This document shows, one piece after another, positions 52,874 through 64,000 of a stretch of 64,000 nt of DNA. A program made the position numbers and the translations under genes. This DNA comes from Phoronis australis (taxonomy: Eukaryota > Animalia > Phoronida), in NCBI GenBank assembly GCA_002633005.1, contig NMRA01000161.1:419944-483943 (forward strand), in the 5' to 3' direction. The notes under the pieces are model-generated. The model had not been told where the DNA came from and ran no database searches. It was given only the letters and a program-made list of their open reading frames with translations. Each line of letters opens with the position of its first letter. Within the stretch, counting starts at the first letter, position 1.

Positions 52874-53834
52874 TGCTAGCCAACACACCGATCTTCTTTA
52901 ATATCCTGCCAACTACGCCAAATTCTGTTATGTTTTTGTAATAGAATGAAGCAGAAACGTATAAAAAATGTAATGACAGGAATTAAGAATGACGTCACAA
53001 AAGGATGACGTCATGGGAAATTTTAACATCACAACACCACCGAAATTGTCCAGAGATTCCAAATCTTCAGTTCTGTTATCACCATATCTGCACTTTTGTA
53101 TATATTTTATGATTTGAGTTCTAATAAAGACTGAACTTTAATGGCACGTTAAATGTTAAGTGTTCCTGTATTGTGGTAAGTTTAGGGATGGGCTCACAAT
53201 GAACTTAACTAATTAAATTTAGCTGGCGATCAAAATCTATCACTGTTTTGGTACTTCAAGTTCAAGTTATCACCCCGTTCCCGGTAAGAAAAAAAATCAA
53301 GTGGGCAGAAGCATTAAAAATTAAATAAGGAAAACCAACCTGGAGCTTATCGTTCCATTAGGAAGTGGCTCTTTGTGAAGATAACACAAGTTATCCTTTT
53401 TAGTCATTTTGTAATATTTATAATGTACCAAGTTAAAACTACTCTCCAGAGTTACCGGCTATAACTCTGCAAATGTCAGAGTAAATCAAATCTTGGGGGT
53501 ACTAACAACAACCATTGTTGAGTCAGTAATGCTAACAATTACCTTTCCACTTCATTAGGTCAGACCTAATTCAATAGAAATAGGCTGAATAGGCATCGTA
53601 AAAGTTGTCTTGGGCTTAGGGAATCATGTTTGCCATGTGAGCCCATATTAACTCAGTGTTTGCTGACAGGAAGCTATCTCTATTGTATATTCTATGGTCA
53701 GATGTTAGGGAAATCTTTATTTAACTATTCATATATATTATTCGAATCATTGGTTCTGCGCAACATTCGTCGTGACGGTTTTGTTGTGGAAGTGTAACCT
53801 GACTTCGCGATCCCCTACGAGCTAGTACTGTAAG

Positions 53835-54458
53835 TAGATTTTCAGTTTTGGGTCTAATTCACCAAAATAATCACGTGCACATTAGTTTAATTTCTAAGTT
53901 TGGCTGGTTTATGTTCGTGATGTCGTCAGTCAGGCGGCGACGGGCCTGATCGGGTTCCGAGCCACTGGCCGAGATAACAAACGTTTTTGTGTGTTTAGAA
54001 CTGAAAAAAAAATCACAAGTGTAACATTACAACACACAGCAGTGTTCTCTAGTGTGTGTATTTCACGGACGAATAATTCGATTTTATCACCAAACAGGGC
54101 CCAAAACTCTCGCGACCGACCTTGGTAAATTGGCCTACCGAACTTTGTAGGCTACGGTACGTTCCAGTACCTAACCCGTAACAGCGAAAAAAACAGCACA
54201 TTTGTTCAATAACTCGATGTATTTGTAAGGGTTTTACATCGAATTTTTAAAACGATGAATTCAACCAATAAGCTGACTCCAATAAGCTGACTCCAATAAG
54301 CTGAACAGACTGCGTTCGAACCTCTGACGTCATTGGTTAATTTCAACATTTCCGCCTGCTGTGATGTGTCAGGTAAGAGAGCCGTACTTGCTGTTATTGA
54401 GTGGAAATACTCTATCTATATAAATACAAAATATGCTGTTTTTGGGTGGCATTCTCCT
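53835..54458 (-). mobile_element. Kolobok-like element end, same family as 16581-18165
   Basis: Reverse complement begins TTAA|AGGAGAATGCCACCC and is colinear with 16581-17220. Confidence 0.75.
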
Positions 54459-54589
54459 TTAAGCCATACCATAGATTATAGACAACAGATTCGCAACTCT
54501 GACATTCGATATATTCTAGAGGAGGTGACACCCTCTAAACATAGCAAGCTCAGCTTCCGGTTAGTGTATGGGGGCACAGAACAGGCGTG

Positions 54590-54730
54590 CGTTCAGTTGA
54601 CGCTAGGACCTACGCTAGGACCTAGCTAAAACCTAGTCAAAGTCACGTGTTCTCATTTAAAATGCACGGCAATATCTCACGTAATCTCGCAAAGTCTAGC
54701 TTTTTAGCGAGGTCCTAGCGTTACTGAACG
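54590..54730. mobile_element. Small MITE-like inverted repeat
   Basis: cgttcagttgacgctaggacct / aggtcctagcgttactgaacg. Confidence 0.5.
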
Positions 54731-55319
54731 GGAGGCAGTTCTTACACACGTCAATGGACTCCCCACCCTTTCTTCACTCTGTCAAAAACTGCATGAGTCA
54801 TTTAACATTACAACCCCTACAGACGAGCACAAAAATTTTGTTATCTCTTGATTTTTCCCATTTCAATCCTACTGAAAAACAAATTGGACTAAGAAAAAGG
54901 GGCAAAAGTCGGCACTTTTCACTCCAAAACCAAACCTTCCATGCCGATGCTAGACTAAAGGTAACACGAGATTCTGAAAGGAAACGTCTTATCAATTTCA
55001 AAAATTTGTTCCAAAAGTAATGTCAACCAAGTAGGTTTTTTTGCAAATCTGGCTTGTTTGAGGACTCTCTGAAATCGCAGCAGCAATTTCCCGGTCGCTA
55101 CTCAGCAATTCACAATTACAACAGGGGGCCGCCGTCTTAAAGAAGAGTGCAGCTACAGCCGTGCAAGTGATCCCTTTTCGTTCTCAGCATGTTCTCAAAT
55201 ACAAACAAAACACATTCACTTGGCCTACATGCAATACCTAACTAAAAGTGTCCCCCAGCCTGGCCTACCCCTACGGATTTTAATATTTTAGGAGTGCAAG
55301 CTGGCTGCGGCTGCATTTT

Positions 55320-56220
55320 TTAAATGTTTATAACAAAATCTTCAATACAAGGAATATACACAACCCAGGAAGCGCCAAGAGGCACTAATTCTGGGTTACA
55401 AAAGTACAAAGAACTCGATATACAATTATTTTACACAAATACATGAATGAAAAACTGGTTTAAGATTACAATGACATATGATTACAAATGTAAATAAATC
55501 ATTTTCATACACATGTATACAAATATATCCACTTACACAAAGAGATTTAACAATATAAAGAAATTTTGATACTATTTCGAATAAGTACATATTTTCATTT
55601 GGGTTGAGTTCTTGACATCCATATAGAAAAAAAATAATTTTGTTGTACAATTGCGGAATTTCAGAATATTTTTTGTAAATATTGGGGTATTGTTCGAGTG
55701 TCTGGAAAAGTCGTACCCTCTGCTCCTTACATAACTCACAAGCAAAGAAAATATGCCTGGGTGTCTCCACAGCAATACGGAGGCGAAATATTATTAAAAC
55801 TATGTCTAAATTTCTCGTTGTTTAGTAATAGACGCATCTTGTTCTGTATAGAGTTATTTCATGGTCCCGAGTAAGTTGGAATAACGTGAATGGGACTGGC
55901 AAGTCTTGAGTAGTGGTATGCATTTTAAAGATAGTTTTGAGAGTGACAATTGAAGTGCTTCTTTTATTTTGGATGGAAAGGTATTCCATTTGTCAATGCA
56001 AGTTATTATCGTAGGTCTCCTGAAGGCTTGGCTGAGGGAAGATGGAATAGTCTGCATATTACTTTGCCGCAGTCCTGTTCTCGTATTGGGTCTTTTGTAG
56101 GAGTCAAAGAGGATAATTGTTTATGTTGCTTAAGACTTTGAATGCATACATGGACAGGTGGTGTTTACGACGGGTTGCTAAATTGCTCCAGCTGAGACTA
56201 TTTAGAACCTTGATTATTGG
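55320..56220 (-). mobile_element. 5'-truncated CR1/L2-type LINE: ORF2 C-terminus and 3' UTR
   Basis: LSWSNLATRRKHH, DKWNTFPSKIKEA, C..ETPRHIFFAC, FLYGCQELNPNENMYLFEIVSKFL; frameshifted. Confidence 0.8.
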
Positions 56221-57089
56221 GGACAAATAAAACAACAACATAATATTTATTTTAAGTTGTATTGGGAATTTGTACACAAATCAGGTAAGCAACTTGGTTC
56301 ACAAAATATGAGTGTCAGTAAGAAGACTTAGCACCGCATCAAATTTGTTCAACGAATAATCTATAGCTAAGCAAATGGACAAATAACATTTGTGCCTGCG
56401 AAGTCGGGAAAAGGTGAACTCACATCTAGTCAGTAAATGCATGTAAGCCAAGGGTTCATGTTTCATGAAGGTTTAGTCTAGAAAGTTCCATTACTGGCAG
56501 GGGGTAATCACCACTATGCAACAAGTTACTATGTAATTACATAAGAGATAAACCACACTCAGGCCATGACAATGAACTATGGGCCAATTAATGAACACTC
56601 CAACTGAGCCGGGGCTATGATACAGTAATCCCAGGGTTCTTTGGTGACGAAATTTTAGGAGGTATGTCAGGCACTGTTGCGTGAAATAAAAGTTAACAGC
56701 ATGAACAGTTCCAAGACTTTGAAATCATAAATTAATAATCCTGAGTAAAAATAAGCCAGACACTACCGGTAATCTGAGATCGATACGCCTAAGCGGGGAG
56801 AAGTACCCCGCTAATGTTACTGTGATACGCTTTCGAAAACTTGGCGCGGTACCTGTAAAGTTTACTAAAAGCCCAATTAATGTGTAGTGGCTACCGAGTT
56901 TCGAATGAAAACAACCCTACTTACAGCACACATCACGAATTTTTGCCGACTGGCCATCAGCCGACCCGCTAGTCGGCAGTTGCGAAATAGGTTGTCAGGC
57001 GAATACCGCTTTGCGTGCAGATGCATATTCGTCTCGGCACAGGGTCAACTAAATTAACCTAGTTTTGCTGTGTTTCCATTACATCAGTT

Positions 57090-57480
57090 CACATCGGTTG
57101 TGTTCATTGACGCCACTAATTCGAAGGCTGGAGGCAACATTGGATTAAGGACAATTGGAATAAGTTTTGGATTACAAAACGTTAAAGTTTTCTTTACATT
57201 TGATCTTTTGGCTCAGACGTTAACAAATGACATTAGATTGGCTGCTTCCCAGTCAATACAACGCCGTAGTCATTTTGTAAACTCTGATTTTTTACTTTCT
57301 TCGCCCGCACTTGTTTTTAGTTTGTGTTACGCCGAACTGCATCTTTTTGTGTGTTTAAAATTCCTCACGGGTCTCCTATTACGTGCCCATGATGATGGGA
57401 TAGTGAATGAGTTGTTGCACCGAAGAGTTTGATCCGGAGATTTTATTTTCACGGTATTAAGCTAACCCTTGCAGTAAAGA
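57090..57480 (-). mobile_element. Possible Penelope GIY-YIG endonuclease remnant
   Basis: Fragmentary KKSEF...IDWEAA...KR...LN.MLPPAF resembles the Penelope EN C-terminus; heavily decayed. Confidence 0.35.
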
Positions 57481-59479
57481 CGCGAAATACACAGAACTTT
57501 ATGTCCTAAGCCCACGGACTTGGAAGGCTCTAACTTCGAAATCATGTGGTTACGATTTCCACGAACTTAGACAGTGACATCAAACACGGAATGACCATTG
57601 TTGAGGCTACTACCAATTTTAGCTTTGCGCATTCATGCGGCATAGGTGACGGTAAAATTTGCTCTAGTAGTTACAGTACATGCACCAGTTGGTCGCTGAC
57701 GTTGTTCCAAAAACAAATATTTTCTGTCAACGACATATTGACAAACTGTATAAAATAAAACAATTTTGAACGGTAAGATGCGAATACGTGGTGATGAGGT
57801 ATTTGTCTCTATACTATGCGGCATCTGTGCGTGAATCTTTGGTAAAGCGAATGCGATGTCGAAAGAAATGAAAGAAAATACACCAAGGTACACTTTTTGA
57901 GAAGCAAAACGTCTGGTGATGTTTATAGCGCATTATTTGGCCTCCTTAGGTAGTAACTGACGCTGAATGACATCTGGCATCTAAGGCTGCAAAATAAAAA
58001 TATCATGCTTGTATTGCCCACCCCCNGAGTTCTGCACCTTCCAATGAGTAACCACGCCAGCTTTGGTTCCGTTTCAGACCTAAGATCGCAGAATCATTCT
58101 TCTGTGGTCAGCTGTAACGAGACCTACAATTTTTTGGGACGGTGCTTACTCTTAAAAAAACTTCCAGCATGAGAGCGCTTTGTCAGAAATGCCAAGCACA
58201 TGCAGCGTTGTAAGACGGAGATTTTTTTCGTTTCCCTATGTCCACAGAAGTGCTTTGAGGAGCGTGTAGAACGGTTCATTTCGCTTTTCTACACGACTAT
58301 GGCAAACACGGTGTTTTGAAAAAGTCCATTTTGAGTGCATTTTCAAAAATTAACATGTTTGGTTGATTCATTCAGTCAGTGCCACGTCGTGCCTCAAATG
58401 AAGGTGTGAGTTGCCGGTTCCGTACCAATTATCATCGTCATACCACGTCATTTCCCGCCAAACTACGGCCAGTCAATGAATGTATATTGTGTTTATCGAA
58501 ATACCTTTAGGCAATCATTAGTTTTAGAAGAATTAGTAAAGTTTGTCTTGCATAGCGTTTTAAGACGCATGTTCATATTAACGTCATTCAGCATTTAATT
58601 CCAAAATCCAACAGCGCCAACGCCACGGATATTTGTCAATATTGATATATGTAACCCTCCTCTTGTTGCAACAACTAACTACACATGGTTTCTAGAACGT
58701 TCTAAAGTTTCAATTTACGTTTATCAATTATAACAGACGAAACGTGATGTAATTACAGAAATTTATAAGTAGTATTAGAATCATGGCTGCAGGACGGGAT
58801 TAAACTGGAACCCTTTGGTACATGTACATCACTTCGGGGCGGCATGTAGCACAAGTTTATTATTAATTAAATTGCGTTTTAATTGCCTGACTTACCCCCG
58901 TATCCCCTTGCCGGTTATACAATCCAAGGTAAAAGATGATATAGAGTTGGTGACAATGGGTGTGACAAATACAAAGTCAAGACTGACAAAGTCATCCGAC
59001 ATTTTTGATGTACAAGAGAATAGCGACTTTGTAAGAACAATTATTGTCGTAAATATACCAATGTACGTATTGGTGGTTTCTTCAGAAGAGAGGCAGGCAG
59101 AGGCTTTGAAGGCAGAGGTGTGTCAACAAAAGGCGCCATGGGTTAGCGTGATAAACTTTATCGTCAGGTAGCAGTTAATAAAACGTGAATTAAATTGATG
59201 TATTTCATATCATTTGGTCAAATTGTGTAGCAATTGTCCTTGTAGGCCTAGTGTTGTACAGCACAATAGAATACACATGTACTTTAAGAGTTATCGTTGT
59301 TATATTTTCCGGATCTATGAACATTACAGCCATTATAATATCACATTAACTCGGCTAATGTTAAACAACAAAATCAGTCAACATAATGCAAAGTACACCA
59401 ATAATATTTGCATACAAAGAGGTGCTATTCGAACCAAAACATTCACTTTTAAAACACTTGTAGCAGTCTTGTCATATTC

Positions 59480-62200
59480 AGAGCACTGGTAGGCATGTCA
59501 CTTACTGCTGTGACTATGTCATGTGAATCAGTGCATTATTTTGTCCTTCAGTCCTTTTCTTGCTTTTTCCTGAGTGGAATCTCATGGGTTGCAACAGTAC
59601 CCCTGACCTCTCTCTGCAGTTTCTTTGTAGGTCTGAAAGGAAACAATGAAACACTGTTATATTTGCTGTTGCATTATGCAACTCCCAGCAGCGTCCTCAA
59701 ATTGGAATTAACACAGGCTGAAGTGTGCATAGCTTCCTGATGCTTCACATGTGTTGAAGTAATTGCAGCTATCACCTGGAATTCAAAAAAGGCAAGGCTG
59801 CCTGTACGTAATTTAAGGCAAAACAGTAGCTTGTACATTAGCAATTTTCACTTGTAGAATGGTTTTTGTTTTCTGAGGTCACATATCTGAATTTGTGAGT
59901 AATTGCTTATCTCTGTACATATGAAGTTGCTGGTTGAAAATTGTCTTATGTTTTAAGAACAAGTTTTGTAGTGAAAATGACTCGCCATATCCAGTAAGTA
60001 TCGTGACATGATGCTGTCTGAGCCCACGAGGCATGTCATTAGTGCAAAGGTCACCTATTTGCATTTTTTTTTTGTTTTCACATTTACAAGTTGTCAGTGA
60101 ATACAGCTGCACCTTGTTGATATTCAAAAAGCATTGTTGTTTAGTTCCTGTAATACATTAGTACAGTTAGGAGCATGCAATTACATCTTTAAGAGGTTTA
60201 AGAAAATTTTGCGACCAGGATATTCTTCAGAAGAAATGGGCACTAGTGTACCTCCTTGAACCTATTTCAATAAGCCACCCGTTACTTATTATGTAAACTT
60301 TTGAAGTATACCCTGACTGGAATAAAGTGACTCGTTTCAAAACCTGACTCAAATGGGTGCTTGAATTCAATACCAGAGAGGCTTACAGAATGAACACCCA
60401 AAAGAAATACCCACTGGAGAAACAGCCATTTATTTCTTATTCAAAGCAAAGGTATTTAAACAGTAATGCAATTGAAAACCATATACTGTCAATTCAGGCG
60501 GCCCAAATTCGACAAAAACCTTGCCCAATTCGATGCCAAAATAGGTGAAAATCACCCTTTTAATTGGCACGTCACCCACCCACACCATGGAATGTCATTC
60601 AGATACTGAATGGCCCTTGTTCTAAAAACAAAATTTTGTAAGAAGCCTTTGGTTATCAAACCATATTATATTATAATAACAAAATAGATATCAGTATAGA
60701 CATATTTAAATATGCCAGACATTATTTAATGTTGCTATGTGTATTGTATTGCCATTTCCATTTTGGGTTACAAAATGAGTCCTTGTTTTAAAGTGATCCG
60801 GGAACACTTGAAAAACATATTTCAGAGTCGAGCGCTAGTGGATAAACCAGTGACCTGCCGCTAAGAGCACGCGCTGATGAAGATACCACAGCTAACACTC
60901 GATCGCTTCGCAATCAGGAGGTGAAAACACTCCCATGACGCAGTTCTAAATTCCAGGTAAGGATGCCTTATTTCGATGGACGGAATTTGAATTGTTTTCA
61001 TCCCCTGATAGTGGGTTGCAGAGAAATTTAGAACGAGGTCAACATCGAACTTTCTGTGGCTACCAATCGTGTTGACATAAGTTTGAAGTGTCAGAACGAT
61101 AGACTGAATGCGCGGGATGTCTATGATTCCTGTTCTTCAGATGACGAAAAAATTGCTATCGGCATAAAGAACGACAGTGGGAAATTCATTTTGAGGTGGA
61201 CACCTGTTTCCAAGAATAAATATTAATATGGACAGCACACAAACGAAATAGTTTGAAAGCGTATAATTATGTCTATAGATATTATAGCACCATGCATTTT
61301 TCATTAATTTTTACTCACAGTTGCGCTCCTGGTCAATCTTTAAAGCTTCCTTTCTCTCCGTGTACTCCTAGTATCCTTCCCGTCGCAATCATTTATAACT
61401 TCAGTCAACTTCTCAACGGAAAATTTAACGTCTTTAATAACGATAGCCCATCACTGAGTTTTCCCATGCTCAACTGTCAAATCATTCACTAGTTGTACTC
61501 TGTAGTCTCAACCTCCGCGTTGAGGTTGAGGTATCGTGAAACAACGCCGTCGGGTGAGAGAAGTTGCACCGAATAATTGGAATTGGCTGCAGTTCTTTCC
61601 CTTAGAGTACCCAAACTCAACTGCGCCGTTTTCTTGGCAAGTCACCTTGCCTGCCTACATTGTTCTGAGCATTGAAGACATCGGCCTTTTCCTCCGCTAA
61701 TCAACCTTTTATCTGCTATAGAAACGTTGCGCCTGATTTTTTACCATTTTAGCACACTTTGTGGCTCTCAAGCATATCCCGGGCCTGCTGTAAGTCTAAC
61801 GTTAGATATTTCGGTAAAAATCGCACACAGGTAAAATTAGCAATGTCACAATCGTATTTCTCAATTCCGCCACAGTATGCATACTTGGAAGTTAGTTTTT
61901 CTAGGTGTTCTCCCAAATGAATCCACAACAGTTGTTCATCATTAAGTGCCTCAAATTCCTCGCCAAAGATAGTTCCGTCAACACAAAACGCTTCCTTGCC
62001 ATTCTTCAAAATTTGTGTATACGCGCTTGATTCGAAGGACCCGCAGTAGCTGTGGCTGGAATGTCGACAGCTTCACGACTAAATCTACAGCTAACTCCTT
62101 ATGAAATTCTTCATACTTCAAAATTCTTGTTTGCAGGTGCTGATAGTTGCCTTCAATGGTTTTCATAATAAGAGACTAGAAATCCGAGTTATCATACACA
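59480..62200 (-). pseudogene. Decayed, intron-containing P-element-like transposase
   Basis: CLQC...RTAANSNYSVQLLSP, AIFSSS..RTGIIDIP..TLQTY, C-terminal IPLRKK; ORFs 61978-62166 and 61749-62009 are frameshifted pieces; termini not found. Confidence 0.45.
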
Positions 62201-63229
62201 CCCACTGACCTGCTGCTGCCTTCCATTTTCACTGGTCACTCTGCTACAGCCGACTTGCGCAATAGCCGAATTAGTGAGCACATTGTGGTCACGTGCCGGG
62301 TACAGGCCCATGAGACAAGTTGAAGCAACAAATTAAGTACAAATTCACAAACCCTTTACATGCACACTTAAATGCGCAAAACTGCTCCTGTATTTGTTAA
62401 ACCAATAATTTAATGCTCAAGCTACATGTATACAACGAGTGCGTGGTGAAACACAACATTGACCTTGCACAACCCATGGACTCCTTGCACCAGGACCTTA
62501 GTTAGCGGGGGGAGGGCGCTTGCTACCCAAAAAAATTGCAGGCCTCGGGGTCAAATCGTCGCAACTGACAAAGGCGTGGGCCGGGGCTGGGTAAAGACAA
62601 AAAAAAGACTGCGAATACTGTGTATGGTTTACCCTTTGAGGGCCCCGGCCAAGACAATTGTTGTTAGGGTATCCGTTTTTGCAGCATAGGTCGTCTAAAC
62701 GCACTTGAAAACGTGCACTTAATCATTCATACATGTATTTCGAAAATTCGAGAAACTTTGTAAAGCGAAAGTTTTACGGAGCGCATTAATTCAGTCACTG
62801 AATTTTTAACTTCAATAAAACAAATTTTGCGAATGCAAAACTATATTTTTCCAGAGGTCTCTCTCTCTCTCTTTGGCAAGGGATAACGGACACAACTGTA
62901 GCTCTATTTTCTTCGTTTTTTCGAAATTGTAAATCACTTGAAAAATTTGATGACCTTACAGATAACATTAGTTGCTGCGCATTTCCTGACTTCTGAAAAT
63001 ATAGATCTTTTCTTATTAAAGGGCAAAGTCCTTGAAGCCGATGGTTTGGTGAGCTGCCTGAAGAAACATGACTTGTATTATCTCAATTTATGACCCACAA
63101 GGCGTGACTGCACAAAGCCCTTTCAAATTAGTGTAGATAAGCCGGTGGAGCGTGAGACCCATGAGGTCCCACTCAAGTCCTCACGACAATTCAACGTTAT
63201 GGGCTACAGTTTACAGTTTTCGAGCACAA

Positions 63230-63990
63230 GTAAGTCTGTCTCGGACTGAAGAGATTTGCTTGATCTTGCCCTCTTTCAGTTGAATCAAAATGTTTCCATC
63301 ATGGGTTCAGGTTCTGTTTATTGTGCGTGACTTCACGAGGCGCTGACAGCGAGCAAATAGACTGGATCTCCTTTTGGTCAAAATTTCGTTAATGTACAGT
63401 GGTCTGTCTTGGGATCTGAGTTTACTTTTATTTTGGTGAAACATTGCACGAGTCTTGTAAGCTATGAATTTGCATATGATTGCCTTGACTGATTGGGTTT
63501 CTTTGGTCCTAGTCTATGAGATCTACATATGTCTTCGTAACTAATGTCAATATTAAGGATCTTGCAGAGATCAACAACAGCTTTATCGGTGTCCCCTTTG
63601 CGTTCATTTTCTGGCTCGTTGATTCCGTGGATTGCTGTATTATTCCTACGAGAATATTGCTCGAGACTGCCCACACTTGCACTTGAGGTCTTGAACCTGG
63701 TCGTCCTTTCCCTTTAGTTTGGATTCATAGAAGCTCTTAATCTCGTTTAGGGCAGGATTTAACAGTTGCTCTCTCAAAGTTTTGATCACTTCGGGCGATG
63801 TTAGTGGCTTTTGAAACCTCAGTATTTGAGGATCACTTTCACAGGTACTGCGATCTGCCTCACGGACTGGGGTAATACTTCTAAAATCCAGTATAGTTTG
63901 CGTCATCTTCTTAGTAATCACATTTACTGCAGTGCTTTCGGTGCTAGCGTTCCTTTTTTCTATTTTCGTCCTCCATGGTTTGATATTATG
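63230..63990 (-). mobile_element. LINE ORF1 fragment (CR1/L2/Crack-type, RRM-like)
   Basis: LEQYSRRNN..IHGI.E, ICRSHRLG, LYINEILTKRR motifs; frameshifts. Confidence 0.85.
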
Positions 63991-64000
63991 CCTTGTTTCT

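Overview
AT-rich, intron- and repeat-rich animal genomic DNA, probably a marine invertebrate; the taxon cannot be fixed from sequence alone. The ORF track is mostly noise or exon fragments. Main content: (1) the 3' part of one spliced + strand gene, 12 exons from 518 to 27256, about 700 codons in this window with the 5' end upstream. It encodes CUB - S/T linker - vWA - linker - ZP module - furin site RTKR - EHP - GPI-type tail. (2) Two exons of an Ig V-set (lachesin-like) gene at 35.3-36.7 kb whose continuation I could not find. (3) Many transposon relics: a 3.84-kb TIR-bounded ISL2EU/Harbinger-type element with convergent SAP-YqaJ and THAP pseudogenes, Helentron/HINE-like elements, Kolobok-, Harbinger- and hAT-like MITEs, and Gypsy, CR1/L2 LINE, P-like and possible Penelope fragments. 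Oddities are a pair of abutting perfect hairpins, a periodic CTCF-like motif array and strong TACATGTA enrichment. There are no prokaryotic systems. All domain calls are by manual motif recognition, not database search.
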